Positions 60,925-64,000 of a DNA stretch of 64,000 nucleotides are shown one piece after another. The stretch is from the NCBI GenBank assembly GCA_963785725.1, contig CAWAWS010000007.1, forward strand, positions 576,001 to 640,000, in the 5' to 3' direction. Numbering within the stretch: the first letter of the stretch is position 1; every line of letters starts with the position of its first letter. Below the pieces are notes generated by a model. The model was given only the letters and a program-made list of their open reading frames with translations. It was not told the origin of the DNA and searched no databases. The translations under genes and the position numbers were made by a program. This DNA comes from an uncultured delta proteobacterium. Its GTDB lineage: Bacteria; Myxococcota_A; Polyangia; Palsa-1104.

Positions 60925-63003
60925 ATGCGCCAGCTGTCGCTCGTAGTCGGTGTCGTCATCGTGGCCGGGGCCAGCAGCCTGGCGAGCGCCGACGAAGGAA
61001 TGTGGACGTTCAACAATTTCCCCAAGGCCAAGGTCAAGCAGCGCTACCACTTCGACGCCGCCGATCCGTGGCTCGATCACGTGCGCTTGTCGTCGGTGCG
61101 CTTCAACTCGGGCGGCTCGGGCTCGTTCGTCTCCGGCGACGGGCTGGTCATGACGAACCATCACGTCGGCGCCGATTGCATCCACAAGCTGGCCAAGTCG
61201 GGCGCCGATTACATCAAGGACGGCTTCGTCGCGCGCAGCGCCGCCGAGGAGATCAAGTGTCCCGATCTCGAGCTCAACGTCGTCACCGGCATCGAGGACG
61301 TGACCAAGGACGTGCTCGGCGTCGCGCAGGCGGGAATGGACGACGCCGCGGTCAACAAAGCGCAAAAAGAGAAGTCGGCGCAGATCGAGAAGGCGTGCGC
61401 GGACAAGACGCACGCGCGCTGTGACGTCGTCGCGCTCTACAAAGGCGCGGTCTACAACCTGTACACCTATAAAAAGTACACTGACGTACGATTGGTGTTC
61501 GCGCCCGAGTTCCAGATCGCGTTCTTCGGCGGCGATCCCGATAACTTCGAGTATCCGCGCTACGATCTCGACGTCGCCTATTTCCGCGCCTACGAAAACG
61601 GCGCGCCCGTGCACGGCGACTATTTCAAGTGGTCGGCCAACGGCGCCAAGGACGGCGAGCTGGTGTTCGTGCCCGGAAATCCCGGCGCGACCGATCGGTT
61701 GTCGACGGTGGCCGAGATCGAGCAGCTGCGCGACGTGAGCTATCCGTTCACGCAGCGCGTGCTCGAGGCGCAGCGCGTGGCGTTGGAGGCGTACGCGGCC
61801 AAAGGCGTCGAGCAGGCGCGGCAGGCGGAGCGGCGGCACTTCAGCGTCATGAACAACGTCAAGCGCCTGAAGGGCTACCTCGGCGGCTTGCAAGACGCGA
61901 AGCTGATGGGGAAGAAGTCGACCGAGGAGGCGGCGCTGCGCAAGAGCCTCGCCGGCGACGCGCAGTACGCCAAAGTCTGGGACGACATCGCGGCGGTCGA
62001 GAAGCGCTGGAAGCCGTCGGCCGTGCGCTATCAGCTGCTCGAGACGTACAACTCGGGCGCGGAGCTGTTGGTGACGGCGCAGCATCTCGTGCGCATGACG
62101 GCGGAGAAGCAGCTGCCGAACGAGAAGCGGCTCAAGGAGTATCGCGAGACGGCGCTGCCGTCGCTGGAGCTGCGCGTGTTCTCGCCGGCGCCGGTTTACG
62201 ACGGCTTCGAGGAGACGATGCTGACGTCGTGGCTCGAGGTCGAGCAGCAGGAGCTGGGCGCGAGCGATCCTTACGTGCAGAAGCTGCTCGCGGGCAAGAC
62301 GCCGGCGGCGCGCGCGCACGAGCTGGTGGCGGGGACGAAGCTGAAGGACATCGCGGTGCGCAAGTCGCTGGCCGCGTCGAAGGCGGCGGTGGATGCCTCG
62401 ACGGATCCGCTGATCGTGCTGGCGCGCGCCATCGACGGCGACCGGCGCGCGATTCGCAAGCAGTTCGAGGACGGCGTCGAGGCGCCGCTCAATCACGCGC
62501 ACGAGCTCATCGCGCGGGCGCAGTTCGCCAAAGCGGGGCTGTCGCGCTATCCCGACGCGACGTTCACGCTGCGTCTGTCCTACGGCAAAGTGGCCGGCTA
62601 CACGCAGGCGGGCAAGAGAGTGGCGCCGATGACGACGATCGGCGGCATGTACGAGCGCGCCGCGAAGGCCGACGGCAAGGCGCCGTGGGACGTGCCGCCC
62701 AAGTGGGTCGCGGCCAAGGCCAAGGTCGACGGCAAAGTGCCGATGGACTTCGTGTCGACCAACGACATCATCGGCGGCAACTCGGGCTCGCCCGTCATCA
62801 ACGCCAAGGGCGAGATCGTCGGGCTCATCTTCGACGGCAACATTCAGTCGCTGCCGGGCAACTTCGTGTACGACGACGCGCAGAACCGCGCCGTCAGCGT
62901 GCACTCGTCGGCGCTGCTCGAGGCCTTGCGCAACGTCTACGACGCCGGCTTCTTGGCCGACGAGCTAGCGCCACCGCTGGGAAAAAAGCGGGCGTCCCGG
63001 TAA
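60925..63003 (+). CDS. S46 family dipeptidyl peptidase
   Basis: Signal peptide then ADEGMW, TNHHV, FGGDPDNFEYPR, PDATFTLRLSYG, DIIGGNSGSP. Confidence 0.95.
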   Translation: MRQLSLVVGVVIVAGASSLASADEGMWTFNNFPKAKVKQRYHFDAADPWLDHVRLSSVRFNSGGSGSFVSGDGLVMTNHHVGADCIHKLAKSGADYIKDGFVARSAAEEIKCPDLELNVVTGIEDVTKDVLGVAQAGMDDAAVNKAQKEKSAQIEKACADKTHARCDVVALYKGAVYNLYTYKKYTDVRLVFAPEFQIAFFGGDPDNFEYPRYDLDVAYFRAYENGAPVHGDYFKWSANGAKDGELVFVPGNPGATDRLSTVAEIEQLRDVSYPFTQRVLEAQRVALEAYAAKGVEQARQAERRHFSVMNNVKRLKGYLGGLQDAKLMGKKSTEEAALRKSLAGDAQYAKVWDDIAAVEKRWKPSAVRYQLLETYNSGAELLVTAQHLVRMTAEKQLPNEKRLKEYRETALPSLELRVFSPAPVYDGFEETMLTSWLEVEQQELGASDPYVQKLLAGKTPAARAHELVAGTKLKDIAVRKSLAASKAAVDASTDPLIVLARAIDGDRRAIRKQFEDGVEAPLNHAHELIARAQFAKAGLSRYPDATFTLRLSYGKVAGYTQAGKRVAPMTTIGGMYERAAKADGKAPWDVPPKWVAAKAKVDGKVPMDFVSTNDIIGGNSGSPVINAKGEIVGLIFDGNIQSLPGNFVYDDAQNRAVSVHSSALLEALRNVYDAGFLADELAPPLGKKRASR

Positions 63004-63064
63004 GATGACCGCCGGCGCCGTCTCGGTGGCGCGCTCAACTCAACTAGGTGTGGAGGGTTGTCCG

Positions 63065-63328
63065 ATGGCTCATGCGACGAAGGTGCAGCTGTTTCGTTGG
63101 TCGGCGGTCGTAGGCGCGCTGGTGCTGCTGGCGGTCACGTTCCTGGCCGGACGCGCGAGCGCGCTGCCGCAGCCGAACATGCAGGCGGCGCTCGGTCACC
63201 TGGAGCAGGCCAAGGAGTCGTTGGAGCGCGCCGAGCACAACAAGGGCGGCTTCCGCGTCAAGGCGGTGGAGCTGACGAATCAGGCCATCGCCGCGGTCAA
63301 AGAGGGCATCGCGATCGGCAACAAGTAG
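63065..63328 (+). CDS. Small secreted helical protein
   Basis: GGAGG RBS, signal peptide, QPNMQAAL..L..A...L..A..NKGG.R..A motif. Confidence 0.8.
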   Translation: MAHATKVQLFRWSAVVGALVLLAVTFLAGRASALPQPNMQAALGHLEQAKESLERAEHNKGGFRVKAVELTNQAIAAVKEGIAIGNK

Positions 63329-63472
63329 CCCCGTCGGCGTGGCGCGGGCGACGTCACGGATCGCGGGTCATTCGTCAGTGTTCAGCGAGCGTAGGCGTTC
63401 GTCGTCCTCGGCTGGAGGTCGGGCCGACCGAGGATGGCGAGCGCGCGCATTCGTAAGGAATCCACGGCCACG

Positions 63473-63850
63473 ATGAAGATGCGAACGATGTTTGCGTTGC
63501 TGTGCGCGCTCTCGTTGCCGCCGGCGACCGGCTGCGACGACGGCGTCAGCGATCAGCGGCGGCCGATCGGCGCGTCGTGCGCGACCTCGGGCCAATGCGG
63601 GACGGGCAAGTACTTCTGCGACGTCGCGGCGCCCGACGGTGACTGCGAGGCCGAGTGTCGCGGCGACGGCGATTGTCCAACCGGCGCCGTGTGCGTCGGC
63701 GGCGGCATAATCATGACGGGCGCGTGCCTGCTGCAGTGCACGACGATCGCCGATTGCCGCGCCGGCTACGTGTGCGCGCCGGCGGACGACGCGTCGCACG
63801 CGCACTGCGCGGCGCCGCCCGCGAGCGACGGCGGCGTCGACGCGCTGTAG
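63473..63850 (+). CDS. Small Cys-rich lipoprotein
   Basis: ATGC lipobox-like segment, IGASC...C...C..DGDC...C repeats. Confidence 0.75.
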   Translation: MKMRTMFALLCALSLPPATGCDDGVSDQRRPIGASCATSGQCGTGKYFCDVAAPDGDCEAECRGDGDCPTGAVCVGGGIIMTGACLLQCTTIADCRAGYVCAPADDASHAHCAAPPASDGGVDAL

Positions 63851-63957
63851 CCGAACCGGCGGCGCTTGCCGGCGCGCGCCCAACCGATATAAAATAGCGC
63901 GGGGAGCTGGATATGCGTGCCGCGCATGAGGCGGCTCCGGCGTGCCAGCGTGAAACG

Positions 63958-64000
63958 ATGGGCAGAGTCAAAGGGACGATCTTGGTACCGCTGGTGAAGC
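63958..64000 (+). CDS. 5' start of a gene running off the window (MGRVKGTILVPLVK)
   Basis: ATG 63958 with an open frame to the edge. Confidence 0.45.
   Translation, partial: MGRVKGTILVPLVK

Overview
GC-rich chromosomal segment with no recognisable phage, IS transposase or CRISPR. Gene content (TIGR04551-type barrel, Cys-rich MopE-repeat lipoproteins, AgmX/PglI-type protein, giant TPR proteins, Ser/Thr kinase) points to a myxobacterium, probably a metagenome assembly. It holds about 50 genes, including radA, nagZ, GH92, a MoxR/DUF58/VWA operon, an ECF sigma/anti-sigma pair, a GT51 transglycosylase, PBP1A, yajQ, hemJ-like, dinB, MMPL, LysR, an S46 peptidase and tRNA-Arg(CCG). The most striking unexplained signal is a cluster of at least seven copies of an AT-rich 23-bp palindrome (CTTATTGTC-N5-GACAATAAG) at 13.8-17 kb. 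Three copies are in tandem at a 29-bp period, and three lie inside genes, where they coincide with runs of rare codons. This suggests an undescribed centromere-like or chromosome-organising protein-binding locus. Other leads: a bacterial INSIG homologue, an orphan aldolase with a microcompartment-type encapsulation peptide, a PIP-synthase-like/aminotransferase/GtrA lipid operon beside putative lipid-transport genes, and a degenerate SIR2 domain inside a 1901-aa TPR protein. All family calls are motif recognition by eye, not database searches.
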